From the NCBI GenBank assembly GCA_964016885.1, contig OZ024740.1, forward strand, positions 293,818,001 to 293,882,000: a stretch of 64,000 nucleotides of DNA. Reading direction: 5' to 3'. The notes beneath the pieces were generated by a model. The model had not been told where the DNA came from and did no database searches. It saw only the letters and a program-made list of their open reading frames with translations. Shown here piece after piece: positions 1 through 12,734 of this stretch (position 1 is its first letter; the number at the start of each line of letters is the position of its first letter). The position numbers and the translations under genes were made by a program. Source of the DNA: Eledone cirrhosa (taxonomy: Eukaryota).

Positions 1-198
1 TAAAAACACTGCCAACACATGGCTTCGAATAAGGCCTTCAACTTTCTTTAGAGACGGCTTACGAAGCTGGAAGCATCGCCTTGTGAACTGTATTGATCTG
101 GATGGCAGCTATGGAGAAAAATAAATTGAAGGTAAATCATATTTTTTGAAAAATAGAATATTTTCTGAAAGATTCTGCGAACATTTTGATCCCCCCTC

Positions 199-201
<3 letters not shown>
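1..201 (+). mobile_element. 3' end of a mariner-type DNA transposon
   Basis: Frame 2 reads ...TWLRIRPSTFFRDGLRSWKHRLVNCIDLDGSYGEK* (mariner C-terminus pattern). Ends in TIR-like ACATTTTGATCCCCCCTCG followed by TA. Confidence 0.75.
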
Positions 202-236
<35 letters not shown>

Positions 237-297
237 TCACGTATATATCTATGATAAATTTACTGTTTTGTTCCTGGATCCCTATTTAATATTTCAT

Positions 298-484
298 AAT
301 TGTTTCTACTTTAGGCACAAGGCCAGCAATTACCCAGTGCATTACTGGGACTTTATTTTATCTACCCGCAAGGATGAAAGGCAAAGTCAACCTCGGCGGG
401 ATTTGAACTCAGATCGTAAAGGGACATAACTATGCTGGAAAGCATGGCGTCCGACCCTCTACCAATACTGCCAATCCACCGCCC
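298..484 (-). mobile_element. tRNA-derived SINE, family A, full length
   Basis: Minus strand begins GGGCGGTGGATTGGCAGTATTGGTAGAG (A box) with GAGTTCAAATCC (B box) and ends in an AT tail. TSD TATTTAATATTTCATAAT at 283-300 and 485-502. Related copies at about 5110-5205, 8021-8207, 16928-17070, 57931-58116 and 58570-58708. Confidence 0.85.
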
Positions 485-1605
485 TATTTAATATTTCATA
501 ATACATCTTAATAAGAACACCATGATATTTTTTTCTATATCCTATATGAGGTAAGAATCACATAGAAAGTGATTTTTATCCACAGTTTCCTGCTGTGTCA
601 TGGGTCATTTGGTACCCACATTCATATTCAATTGCTGGGTCACCCATAAAGAAGGATAAAGAGCAAATTGCCAAATTTAGGAGATCCTTGTCATTTTAAC
701 ATCCACTTACCCTTGCTAGGAAGGGTTGGACAGGTCTATATAGACCAAATTAGTACTGAAGCAGAATCACTGATCTCCCAAGCAAGCCAGGGACCAGTCT
801 CTTGCTTATGTAATCTCACATTCTGTCAAGTGCTCAAGAGAGGTTGTCAAGACTTTAACACAACTGAGAGTCCTCCCAACCCTTTGTTTGGCAAGATTTC
901 TATGGCTGGATATCCTTCATATCACCAACAGTGTCTACTGGGTGCATTTATCATGTAAATAACCAACACTGGGGAGGTTTTCATGCCCTTGACACAACTG
1001 AAGAGGCCTCCTGACCCTTTGTCTGGCAGGTTTTCTATGGCTGGATGCCCTTCCTGCCACCAACCACTTTACAGTGTGTACTGGGTGCGTTTATCATGTA
1101 AATCACGAACATTCTGTAATAAAAAAGATAAACATCTACAACACCAAACGTAGCAACAGGATGAAACACTAGCGCCCACCATAGCTTGGAAACTTTCATT
1201 GAAGGGGAAAAATCAAACAGAATAATTTGTAAAATTTAGGTTGGCTGTTACAATAAAATCAGAAAAATATTAAGTGCAAAGGAAGCTGATAAAAAAAGAC
1301 TTCTATTTTTTTCATCTTTTTAAAAAAAAGAAACTATTTTAGTTGCTATAATAAATCCTACACAGAAAGAAATGTTCTAATGTAACAAATGAGTCATTCC
1401 AGTTCCTAAAGGGCTCTTAACAAATAAAAAATGGAATGATCCACTGGATGGTTGCATGGGTTTTGAAGATATACCACTACAATCCTCCAGTGGGTTGTAT
1501 AAGTGCCGACATCTTAAAATATTACCAGCAGGAAGGAATTTTGTGGTAAGTTTTTTGCAATGCTCTCAAACCGATCATAATTATACTAATTACTGAAAAA
1601 TGAAA

Positions 1606-1850
1606 TCAATCTTCTGTAGTAAAAATGTACTCCATCTTCTGTAGTAAAAATGTACTCAATCTTCTGTAGTAAATATGTACTCCATCTTCTGTAGTAAAAA
1701 TGTACTCAGTCTTCTGTAGTAAAAAGGTACTCAATCTTCTGTAGTAAAAAGGTACTCAATCTTCTGTAGTAAAAAGGTACTCAATCTTCTATAGTAAAAA
1801 GGTACTCAATCTTCTGTAGTAAAAAATACCCAATCTTCTATAGTAAAAAT
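1606..1850. repeat. 25-bp minisatellite, about 10 copies
   Basis: Unit TCAATCTTCTGTAGTAAAAATGTAC with minor variants. Confidence 0.9.
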
Positions 1851-1884
1851 TTCAATAATAGATTCTACATATCACAGACATATT

Positions 1885-3855
1885 ATAATAATAATGAAAT
1901 TATTGTGTACAGTGCTCAGGTGCACTACAACTCGTCAAAGGTGCATGTATAGTACATAGAATAATATACAAATGTCAAGGAAGTGAATAGTGTATGAGTC
2001 ATGATATACATGTGTGTATGGAGGGGGAATATTAGGTGTAATGTTGGTGAATCTCAGGAAGCATGGAGGTTTTAAAGGATGCAGTGTCTCGACAGCTAAT
2101 AACTGATGCAGGTAATTTGTTCCATGCTTCAGCAACTCTGAGTGAAAAAATGTTTCCAAAAGTCATGGGAGCTGTGCTGTTTTCTGACTTTATGGGCATG
2201 CCCACATGTGTTAGATACAGGGAAATCGAAAAGGTACTCAGGGTTGTTGTTGGCAAGAGGGTTAATAATTTTGTTGGCGTTTACCAAGTCAGTTGCCAGG
2301 CGTCGGAGCTTCAATGTATCCATGCCCAGGGAAGCAAGGCGTTCAGAGTATGGTAGATGCCTGATGGAGGGTATCGCTTGGTTGCACGTCTCTGAACAGT
2401 TTCCATGTGGTCAATGTTCTGAGCAAGATAGGGGTTCCAGACTGGTGATGCAAATTCTAAGTGTGGCCGCACCATAGCTATATACAGCTTTAAATAGGTA
2501 GCTGGAGAGCAGCTGAGAAAGGTCTTGCTGAGTGATGCTAAGACACCCTCGGCCTTCTTGACAATTTTAGAGACGTGCTTCATCCAACGCAAATCACTGC
2601 TGACCATAATGCCCAGGTCACGTTCACAAGAAGACTTCTTGATATTAGTGTTGTGGAGGAAGTATGTGGACACTGGGTTTTTACTCCCAAAATGCATGGT
2701 GGTGCACTTGTCCACAGCTAGCTTGAGTTGCCAGTCTGCATTGTGTCCAGGTCAGATTGCAGGCAAGATCTATAGTGTTCAGGATCTGTCCTTTTTATCT
2801 CAAGGTACAGCTTGATGTCATCTGCATATTTCAGTACTGTGGCATTCTTTAAGTTGGCATCTATGTCATTAATATATGCCACAAACAAAAGGGGGCCAAG
2901 AACAGATCCCTGTGGTACACCAGATGACATCTCATATGGTGAGGAATGCCGTCCTAGAACCATGACTACCTCTCTTCGACTGAGAATGAAGGACTTCAAC
3001 CAGTTAAAAATATCATCCTTCACACCCATTGCAGAGAGTTTTGCCATAAGTCTTTTGTGTGGCACAGAATTGAAAGCTTTAGCAAAGTCAAGGTAAACAA
3101 CATCCACCCATGAGCCGCCATCAGTGATCCGGGTGATGTCTTCAAGAAACTCGATAAGTTAATCACAGCAGCTGGAGTTAGAGATAAATCCAAATTGCGA
3201 GGGCCGGTTAAGACTGTGAGAGTTCCAGAAGTTCCAAAGCATTTCCCTTACACAGGATTCCATCAGTTTGGCAATGCAGCTAGTAAAACTGACTGGATGA
3301 TAGTTCACAGGTGATAGGCGGTCACCCTTTTTGAACAGAAGAATGACACTGGCAGTTTTCCACTGTTCTGGAGTAACACCGTTGTTCAGACAGAATTGGA
3401 AGAAGCATGATAACTGGTGCAGAAGGATGTACCCACCATGTTTGAGAAGCAGGTACGTAACACCATCAAGACCAGGAGAGGCATGGTTGCATTTAGTTTT
3501 AAGCTGACGTCACAGCATTGCAGGTGAAAATTCCATAGTTGTAATAGAATCTGATGTCATAGGTGGTGGAGACGGTACACTCTGGTCTTCAATAGTGAAA
3601 ATGCCTGCATACCATTCAGCAATGAGCTCTGCGCATTCCTTGGGGTCGTCAGTAACCTGGCTTATGTGGGGATTGCAAGGAGGATCAACTGGAGAGTGCA
3701 GCCTCTGCTTTCAGTGAACATACTTCCAGAACACCTTACTATCAGGACTGGTTGCTATGCGCTGGTGAAATTGAAGCATTGCCTTTTTTATCACCTGTTT
3801 GAGATGATTGGATGATTTATTTCGCTTCTTCCTATTGATATCTGATACGTGGTTG
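1885..3855 (-). mobile_element. 5'-truncated, disrupted CR1-clade LINE
   Basis: RT fragments DVVYLDFAKAF, SGVPQGSVLGPLLF, YADDIKL, VRPHLEFASPVWNP and FFTLRVAEAWNKLP across frameshifts; (ATT)n tail at the left end. Confidence 0.9.
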
Positions 3856-3944
3856 CCTACTACATACATTAAATGTATATTTAAATTAAAGGTAATAACA
3901 TTCTTATCTGCAAAGTCAATTGATACATGGAGATCAAAACAGTG

Positions 3945-4886
3945 GAGGTGTGTGACTGAGTGGTAAGGGTGTTGGATTTATGATCATAATGCCATGGGTT
4001 CCAATCCTTGACTGGGTTGTGTGTTGTGTTCTTGAGCAAAACACTTCATTTAATGTTACTCCAGTATACTCAGCTGAAAATGAGTACCATCAATAGTTGG
4101 GAGTTTAACCCTGTGATGGACTGACATCCTGTAGTGAAATCTGTCCACACCTTGACCCCTAGGTGACAGTTAACGGTCATTTTCTGGGTTATCTCCTTTC
4201 GGGCATCGAAATGTCAGCCCTCTTTTCTCAAGTCTTGAGACAGAGGAAGCGACATAAATAGACAGCCTGCCATAGATCAGGCCAGTGGTAGTTTGGAGCA
4301 GATCTTGATAGAGTGAACATGTAAACTATTGCTTTCTACAAACCCCTTGGGGGTCTTACTGACTCTCTCTCGTTCACTCAATCTCTATCTCTTGGTCTCT
4401 CTCTTAACGAAGCCAGTGAAGTTCATGAAGTTTTCTAGGTAAATACAATTAATTCTACTTTTACAAACAAATAACATCCATAATTCTTGTATATGTTTCA
4501 TATAGCTCTGGTGAAAGCTATTTTCAATAAATTAATAATATAGCAGTTTGGTGTCATTGTGGTGCATTTATATATATTTATTATCTGCGTGATCAAGGAA
4601 CTATCATATCAACATCATCTTATTGAACACTTACTCACTTACCTACATACATGCAACCTCTGGTCACACTGTATCACATAACAGTGACCACACCACACAG
4701 AAGCTACAAGTGAGCACACACACAACAAACAAATCAACACCACAACACAATCAACTACCAACATGAACCATCAAATCCTTGCTATAGTTCTGTCAAGGGG
4801 GGATGTCTTGTACACTCAGTCACTTCACGCCACAAAGCCAGGATAAGTACCGGCCTGACAAGCTTCTTGGCTTGAGACAGACTTTA
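3945..4886 (+). mobile_element. tRNA-derived SINE interrupted by a 657-bp insertion
   Basis: Head GGAGGTGTGTGACTGAGTGGTAAGGG...GGTTCCAATCC. Body ...CCCTGTGATGGACTGACATCCTGT resumes after the insert as CTGTCAAGGGGGGATG...; CTGT is duplicated at 4129-4132 and 4790-4793. Confidence 0.65.
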
Positions 4887-5287
4887 CACATTAGATCAAA
4901 ACATAGTGTAGATCAAAATATTGAAAATAAAGTACATTTTGAAAGTGTGTCTCCCTCGCTGTCCTCTAGGGCAGTGGATTCTCCATCCTGTCAGCTGGGA
5001 CCCAGAGGCAGTTAGTTGTAGGTTGAGGATATTCGTTCAGATTTCACATAATTACATATACTTCATATGAAAATTGATAGCCTTTTCATGATTTCATATG
5101 AAAATTTATAATTGTTTCTACTTTTGGCACAAGGCCAGCAAATAGCCAGTGTATTACTGGTACTTTATTTTATCGACCCCGTAAGGATGAAAGGCAAAGT
5201 TAACCATATGAAAATGTATAATGTTATTAATTACATTTCTCAGATGTATAGATATTTAATAAATGTTGATATATTGAATAAACTCAC

Positions 5288-5467
5288 CTCAAACATAAAT
5301 GTGTCCACCTCTTCTCTTACCCATGTCTTGTCTATTTCACCTTCATGCAATTTATCAAGGAGACCATCCAAGAAAGCCATTTTTTTCTTACCAACTGTCT
5401 CATCTTTTTTGTCATTTGATTTTTTCTTTAAGTTTTCTAGATATACAGCTGTGCGTTCTTCAATCAC
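5288..5467 (-). CDS. CYP4V-like coding exon 7 (start of I-helix)
   Basis: TATAG|GTG...GAG|GTGAGT; 180 bp; VIEERTAVYLENLKKKSNDKKDETVGKKKMAFLDGLLDKLHEGEIDKTWVREEVDTFMFE, ending in the CYP4 signature EEVDTFMFE(GHDTT). Later exons not found in the window. Confidence 0.95.
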
Positions 5468-6034
5468 CTATAACAGTTAAAAGAAGTTGGATCAGTGATA
5501 AATCCCTAAGAGATAAAGAAAATAACGATAAGGGTATAGCCATGGGTTTAACAAAGTTCACTTTTCAGACACAAGTTCTGGGGTTAGATCCCATTGTATG
5601 TACTGTAGGCAAGTGTTTTTTTTTTGTGAGCTCAGGTTCACAAATACCTATGATGGAAACTGAATGAAATCCCTATGTATGTATGTTCGAAATAATAGGG
5701 ATGGATACCTGATCACGCAGTTAAACCACTGGGAGTGAAGGACCCATAGCCTTTGTCAGGGCATTCTTCTAGGAGAAGTCAACTCAGGAAACTGGGATAA
5801 CTCTGACATAAAACCTACGGCTCATTAGTTATCAATGATGTTGATCTTTTCTTCTTTTCGGGTTATAGCTACTGACGCTCAGAGAGTGGGATTGACTCAG
5901 TGCACAGTTCTTTCTCAGTTAAAAAAAATCTTCACACACAGGCATTACACGATAACATTAATTGATAATTATTAATAATGTTATATAGTGCAATGGCCAT
6001 ACTCGATAATGAGGGGGCAGCCATCATGTATGTA

Positions 6035-6486
6035 TAATAATGATAATAATAATAAAATTATTTTGTACAGTGCTCAGGTGCACTACAACTCGTCAAAGGT
6101 GCATGTATAGTACATAAATAATGTACAAATATCAGGAAAGTTAACAGTGTATGAGTCATGATATACACATGTGCGTGTGTATGGAGGGGGATATCAAGTG
6201 TAGTGTTGACTAAACTCATGAAGCATGGAGGCCTTAAAGGATGCAGTGTCTCGGCAGCTAACAACTGATGCAGGTTGTTTGTTCCATGCTTCAGCAACTC
6301 TGAGAGTGAAAAAATGTTTCCAAAAATCATGGGAGCTGTGCTGTTTTCTAACTTTGTAGGCATGCCCACGTGTGTTAAACATATGGAATTCAAAAAGGTG
6401 CTCAGGGTTGTTGTTGGCAAGATGGTAAATAATTTTGTGGGTGTTTACCAAGTCAGTTGCCAGACGTCAGAGCTTCAATGTATCCT
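6035..6486 (-). mobile_element. CR1 LINE 3' fragment
   Basis: Closely similar to 1885-2335, including the 3' end GTGCACCTGAGCACTGTAC and the ATT tail. Confidence 0.9.
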
Positions 6487-7464
6487 CTTGATATCTACAT
6501 TGACTTCATGGTTGGAAGCTGTACTATTGTAGCACTGTATGTGACGCCTTATGCTACTTTTCAGGCCCCACCCTGGACTATACACATGGCATGGGATGTG
6601 GTGACATTTATGCATGTGCTACTGTCATTTTTCATCAGCACAATGTGTGTGTATTTGTATATGTATGCATGTGTACATACATAAGGTTGATTGAGCTTAC
6701 ATGTGTGTGTGTGCATCTGCATATATGCACATGCACAATCATAAGCCTACACACATACCTAATATATCAGGCTCTGTTACTCTTTACATTGATCAACTTT
6801 CACACTCCCACACATAATCTTGTATATAGACAACAATGCACAGACAGTAACCCCTCTAACCACAGTAATGTTCTGGTGAGCATCACAATCTTTGTACTCT
6901 CACAGTTTTGTACAAACAAACATTCATATATATATATATTTATTCTTAACTCCTTGATGCTTATCTCTCCTCTGGTAACTATCAAACACACAAACTTCAT
7001 TCTGAAAAACTCACTTTCTAACATAGCTGATGAAATACATCTGCTTTCCTTCTATCTAATTATTCATATTTTCTTCCTCTCATACATACATCTTCATATT
7101 TCTTTTCTCTCTCAAACATACTCTCTTCTCTTTTTCATTCTATCTTCCAATGAAGAAATAATGCATGAAACATTAAGACTCTCTTCTTACAATATCCAGC
7201 CATAAACTAAAATATATTGTCATTGAATTATGTTGTTTTTCTGTTTTTTCCTTGTATGCTTTTCTTAAACCCCCCCCCCCCCCCACCCCCACCCACACAC
7301 ACACACATATATGTATGTATAAACTCATATGAGTGTCTAAAGAAAGGTCACTAATTTGATGCATCTTGCATTCTGGAGGTATATTCAAATTTGGGCCTTG
7401 AAACTTGGGTAACATGTATGAACATACATAAATAATATTATATATATGTATATATATATATATG

Positions 7465-7693
7465 CAGAGTGTTCCTAAAAAATGTATACACACTTTGATT
7501 ACCTGTATAGGAAAATTTATAGAAATATTTATTAGAATGCACAGCCTTTCCCCAAAATAAAATGATCTACAGACAGTATGTAAACATCCAAAAATGTTTA
7601 GATAATTTAACTAATGCATATAAAAAAGAATTTATTTTAATGCATTTTTTTTTTTTTCTGTTGAAATGTGTATACATTTTTTGAGACACCCTG
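7465..7693. mobile_element. Tc1/mariner-type MITE
   Basis: Imperfect TIRs CAGAGTGTTCCTAAAAAATGTATACACACTTT and (reverse) CAGGGTGTCTCAAAAAATGTATACACATTT in a TA-rich context; no ORF. Confidence 0.7.
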
Positions 7694-7699
7694 TACACC

Positions 7700-7739
<40 letters not shown>

Positions 7740-8020
7740 TGTGTTGGAGTTTGTTTGCTTGAAGCATTGTGGAATAGGAAATACAAATTTAAATAAGTTT
7801 AAATATTTGAAAGCCCTACAATGCGTACAAGATTAAAAGTGCCAAGGTAATAGGAATTATAAAGCAAAGAATGAGGACAATAGAATTTTACCTTAGCAAA
7901 TTTAATTATCTCAAATATTTTCGGGTTTAAAAAGGCATTATCAAGAGAGGATCCGGGTGTAGATGTTCAAAGAGCAATCGGAGAAGAGTTGATGTTTGGC
8001 TGGCAGATTTTATTTAATAA

Positions 8021-8207
8021 TAATTGTTTCTACTTTTTGGCACAAGGCCAGCAATTACCCAGTACATTACTGGTACTTTATTTTATCGACCCCGTAAGGA
8101 TGAAAGGCAAAGTTAACCTCGGCGGGATTTGAACTCAGATCGTTAAGGGGCATAACTATGCTGGAAAGCATGGTGTCTGACCCTCTACCGATACTGCCAA
8201 TCCACCT
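8021..8207 (-). mobile_element. tRNA-derived SINE, family A
   Basis: Close similarity to 298-484. Confidence 0.85.
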
Positions 8208-8679
8208 TATTTAATCCATTTTATTTAATAATAATAACTCCTATTACCTTGTCACTTTTAATCTTGTATGCATTGTAGAGCTTTCAAATATTTAAACGTA
8301 TTTAAATTTGTATTTTATATACATATATATATATGTGTGTGTGTGTGTGACACCATACATAAGTGAGATAAGTAGCTCTGCTTCAAAATGGGCTTGGTCT
8401 ATATTGACACCTTCCAGCCATTGATAGCAGGAAAAGCTGACGTTAAAATGACAATGATGATGACATATATAATTTGTGTATATATATACTATTCAGTGTT
8501 AATGTATACTAGTGTAAAATAGTCAATAGAGGGCGTGCTTTTGATTTGAAAATGTAAGACTTTGCCAAATGGTAAATAGAAATTAAAAAAATTAAAACCA
8601 GGCTAAAATAAGTTCTGAGATTGATATGTTCAACAAATTTCTGTAAGTGATGCACTAGTATATTTATGGATGTCTCTGG

Positions 8680-8893
8680 ATGGAATTTATAGGCAAAACC
8701 GACCGGCAGGAGAACCAGGAGTAAACACTGAGCAAGATAATTGGATAACATCATGAGCTTGGCTGGTCCCACTTGGGGATCCAGCTGGATTAGTTGGAGA
8801 TGGTTGCTTCTGACAGGATCTGCTGGAAGGAGAGTTTGAGGACTCTGGCCCATGACCCTCTAAGGAATAAATATGGGTGAAGAAGAAGAAGAA
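8680..8893 (+). mobile_element. RTE LINE 3' fragment
   Basis: Similar to 44170-44275; ends in a (GAA)n tail. Confidence 0.6.
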
Positions 8894-8924
8894 CATACAT
8901 ACATACATACATACATACATACAT

Positions 8925-9530
8925 GGTGGCTGCCAACTCGTTTTCGAGTACGGCCACTACCTTATATCCATGTAGGAGAACTCCTACCGATGCACTGAAC
9001 GAATGTGACTTTAGTCCAGCCAGCGACTTGAAAACTCTGGTACAAACACTACACTTGTGACAATTACTGACATATAGTGCTGGGCCCACGGTACCATGTG
9101 ATGACAAGTGCAGAGAGATCTCCAGATATAAAGCAATGCCTGTGCTGTGAAGCTTTTATAGTGAGCAAAGGCACTGCACAAAGCCAGTCCCACTCTCTTA
9201 ACCAAGATAATATTTACCAAAAAGAAGAACAAGTCAACATCATTGGATACCATCAGGGTTGCAGGTGTTATATCAGAGTTTTCCTTCTCCTAGAATTCTG
9301 CCTTGACAAAGGCTAAGGGGGTCATCTCTCCCAGTGATTTTGGATGGCCATTGACTCTTAAGAGCTCCTTTGCCCTTTGACAGGTTTTGTTTTTAGTCCT
9401 GCAGGATGTCCAAAGTCACCCTCCTCACCAAGAAACCTTAGTGGGGTTGCCAGTTTAGTTGCCAACGACCCGACCATGGGACAGGTTGTACTGGGATACA
9501 TGTTACCAGTAGCACCAACTGGTGACCTGA
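8925..9530 (-). mobile_element. Non-autonomous RTE-derived retroposon, copy 1
   Basis: RTE 5'UTR-like motif CTAGGAGAAGGAAAACTCTGA joined to a remnant C2H2 finger (CSVCTRVFKSLAGLKSH); flanked on both sides by (ACAT)n. Highly similar to 11261-11815. Confidence 0.7.
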
Positions 9531-9598
9531 CATACATACATACATACATACATACATACATACATACAAGTTAAATAAGAAAACATAAATTTGACTAC

Positions 9599-9725
9599 CT
9601 TCTTGGTAAAATCGTGAAGAATTTTCAAACATTTGGCTGCTTCTCTCCCCATAGGATGTAAATTGAAGAGTATATCAGGCCACAGCCATGGAGACCTGGA
9701 CCGGTGAGCAACGATATCACTCATT
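9599..9725 (-). CDS. CYP4V-like coding exon 6
   Basis: TTTAG|A...AAG|GTAGTC; 127 bp; MSDIVAHRSRSPWLWPDILFNLHPMGREAAKCLKILHDFTKK; phase 2 to 0. Confidence 0.93.
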
Positions 9726-10549
9726 CTAAAATATTACACAAAATTAATTATTAATTAATTTACTACAAATAAAATTAATTAATTAACATATCGGTGGTAT
9801 TTAACAAAATATTATGGATCTTGCATCAGTTTCAATGATGAGTGTTACAGTTATATGTGATCAACAGACCTACCTACTCATTTAATTAAGAGTATTCTAC
9901 AAACATGTGTACATTTAATGTAATTGTTGGTCAGATTCAACAGGGCACAATGTGTAACAGAGCCAGATCTTAGAATTACAGATCTTTTTTGTTTTTAAAT
10001 AGTTGAGGATTAAAGAATGTGATGTTTATAGTCTTTGCTATTTGCCAGAGAGTGATGAAGTTATTCACATGAGTTGGGTTGCCTTCACTGTGGCTTATAG
10101 AGCCCACGTCTACTCCATGCAGGCTTATTTATTCAGAATGATTGCTTTCCTTCAGAGGTCCTTTTTTTCCAAGGCTTGCAAAGACATCAGCCCTGTGCAG
10201 TCATGAGTTTATGGAGACATGTAGGAAGGTAGTAGATAGCTAGAGAGGAAGGGGGTAGGGAGGAAGATAAAGATGTGGAAGTTGCTAGTCAGATAAGAAG
10301 GTGGTGGAAAGGAGACAGGAGGGTGGTTTATGACAGCAATCAGGAAAGACCACTACAAAACCTATTATAAAATGATAATACTGGAATAGAAAATTTGAAT
10401 TAAAAAGAAAAAGATAAACTTACATACTTGATTTAAGTACAAACTAAGTAACTCACTCAAACCAGAAATACAGAGACTGGACATACAGTTTGAAAACATT
10501 GTATATATACCAGTGATGAGAGAGAGAAGTGAGGGAGAGGCTTCTAGAC

Positions 10550-12019
10550 CAAAGGTTCTCAGCAGGGGGTATATGCCCCCCGGGGGTCGTATCGGAGCTC
10601 CAGGGGGCGTTTTGGAGCAATGGGGCGTTAGGGGGCGTTTGAAGATTTAGGGGGCGCTGGAAGCCCCTTTAGTTTGGTAAGTTTTATAAGTCCTATTTGT
10701 ACGTCCCTTAGACAGCCAGTGTGAATGCATTTGAATGAAGAAAACAAAGAAAATAAATAAAAGAAGCTTGTCAACGAATTCCCTAGGGAGATAAAAGAAA
10801 AACAAAAGAAATCAAAGAAAATGAAAGTAAGAACAACGTCAACTTTTACAACAGTTACAAGAACAATTTCAACAGAAATGACAACAAAAAGAAGCAATGC
10901 ATACATACATACATACACACACATATATACACACACAGGCCTGCGTTAGTGTTTGATGAGGTTGAGAACCTGGTCAGCTTTCAGCCAGAGGTGTGGTATT
11001 TAATCTCCCTAGGTAATAAAATCTGGAGACAAAAAGTTTCTCCTTACCAAAAAAAAAAAACATAAATCATATCAACATCCTTACACACTTAAATATAAAT
11101 GCATGTATATATACAAATGTATAAATGCATAGCTATATACATACGTAAATGTATGTATGTATATATGTATGTATGTAGATTTATATATATATATATATAT
11201 AAATCTACATACATACTTATATATATATATATATAAATCTACATGCATACATATATATATCCATGTAGGAGAACCCCTACCGATGCGCTGAACGAGTGTG
11301 ACTTTTTAGTCCAGCCAGCGACTTGAAAACTCTGGTACAAACACTACACTTGTGACAATTATTGACACATAGTGCTGGGCCCATGGTACCATGTAACGAC
11401 AAGTGCAGAGAGATCTCCAGATATAAAGCAATGCCTGTGCCGTGAAGTTTTTATAGTGAGCAAAGGCACTGCACAAAGCCAGTCCCACTCTCTTAACCAA
11501 GATGATATTTACCAAAAAGAAGAACAAGTCAACATCATTGGATACCATCAGGGTTGCAGATGTTATATCTGAGTTTTCCTTCTCCTAGAATTCTGCCTTG
11601 ACAAAGGCTAAGGGGTCATCTCTCCCGGTGATTTTGGATGGCCATTGACTCTTAAGAGCTCCTTTGCCCTTTGTTTTTAGTCCTGCAGGATGTCCAAAGT
11701 CACCCTCCTCACCAAGAAACCTTGGTGGGGTTGCCAGTTTAGTCGCCAACGACCCGACCATGAGACAGGTTGTACTGGGATACATGTTACCAGTAGCACC
11801 AACTGGTGACCTGACACATATATATATACAAATCTACATACATACATACACACACATATATATATAAATCTACATACATACATATATACATACATTTACG
11901 TATATAGCTATGCATTTATACATTTTTATATATATATATACATGCATTTATATTTAAGTGTATAAGGATATATATATATGTGTGTGTGTATAATATATAT
12001 ATTACACACACACACATGT

Positions 12020-12050
<31 letters not shown>

Positions 12051-12612
12051 GGTGTGTGTGTGTGTATATCTATCTATGTATATATATAAGGAATACAGAT
12101 ATTTCTTTCTCACTGTCACCAAGCTTCTCAATTCATTCGTTGCTACGAGGTATTTTATTTTGCTAGGTACTATTTTCCCCCTGAGTTTGTGATTTCAGAG
12201 AAAGGTAAGAAATTTTTCATATTTTGCATCTTTTGTATTTTGACTTTACAGTTTGAATTGTAGAATTGTCTATCCACTCAAAATATTACAACAGCTAACA
12301 GTGAGATATAGAATTTTAAAAAAAAAAAGCTTTTTCGACTGAGATCAAATCTTTGAGAAGATTCACGTCTATTTTTCAAAAATATATAATTTGAAATAGT
12401 TTGCTTTTGTTTTGGACTGAAACTTTTTTGTATTTAATTTGTACGCGTATTTTTTAAAGGTTCTAACATAACTTGATTTGGCGGCCAGTAATCTACTGAT
12501 TTCAAAATCAGTAGTATATTGAAAAATGGAAAAATAAGGTGGGGGGGGGGGGCGTTTCGTGATTTTGAGGGGCAAAAGGGGGTGTTTGGTCGAAATGGGT
12601 TGAGAACCTTTG
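10550..12612. mobile_element. Non-autonomous hAT (Charlie-like) element with a nested retroposon
   Basis: TIRs CAAAGGTTCTCA...TGAGAACCTTTG; perfect 8-bp TSD TTCTAGAC at 10542-10549 and 12613-12620; GC-rich subterminal GGGGCG repeats. Confidence 0.9.
11261..11815 (-). mobile_element. Non-autonomous RTE-derived retroposon, copy 2
   Basis: Direct repeat of 8968-9530, nested in the hAT element within TA/CA repeats. Confidence 0.75.
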
Positions 12613-12734
12613 TTCTAGACCATTCCTAATAGTCATGCATGCATATGAATAAATTGAAAATACATTTGTATATATATACATATATATATATGGCCTCCTC
12701 CAAAGTATATCTTTGTTGGAGGTGTCTTGAGTGA

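Noticed and set aside
560-610. Minus-strand HDTAG as CYP exon 8 (GHDTT)
   Set aside because: No AG acceptor or Gly codon before it, and a TAA follows within a few codons.
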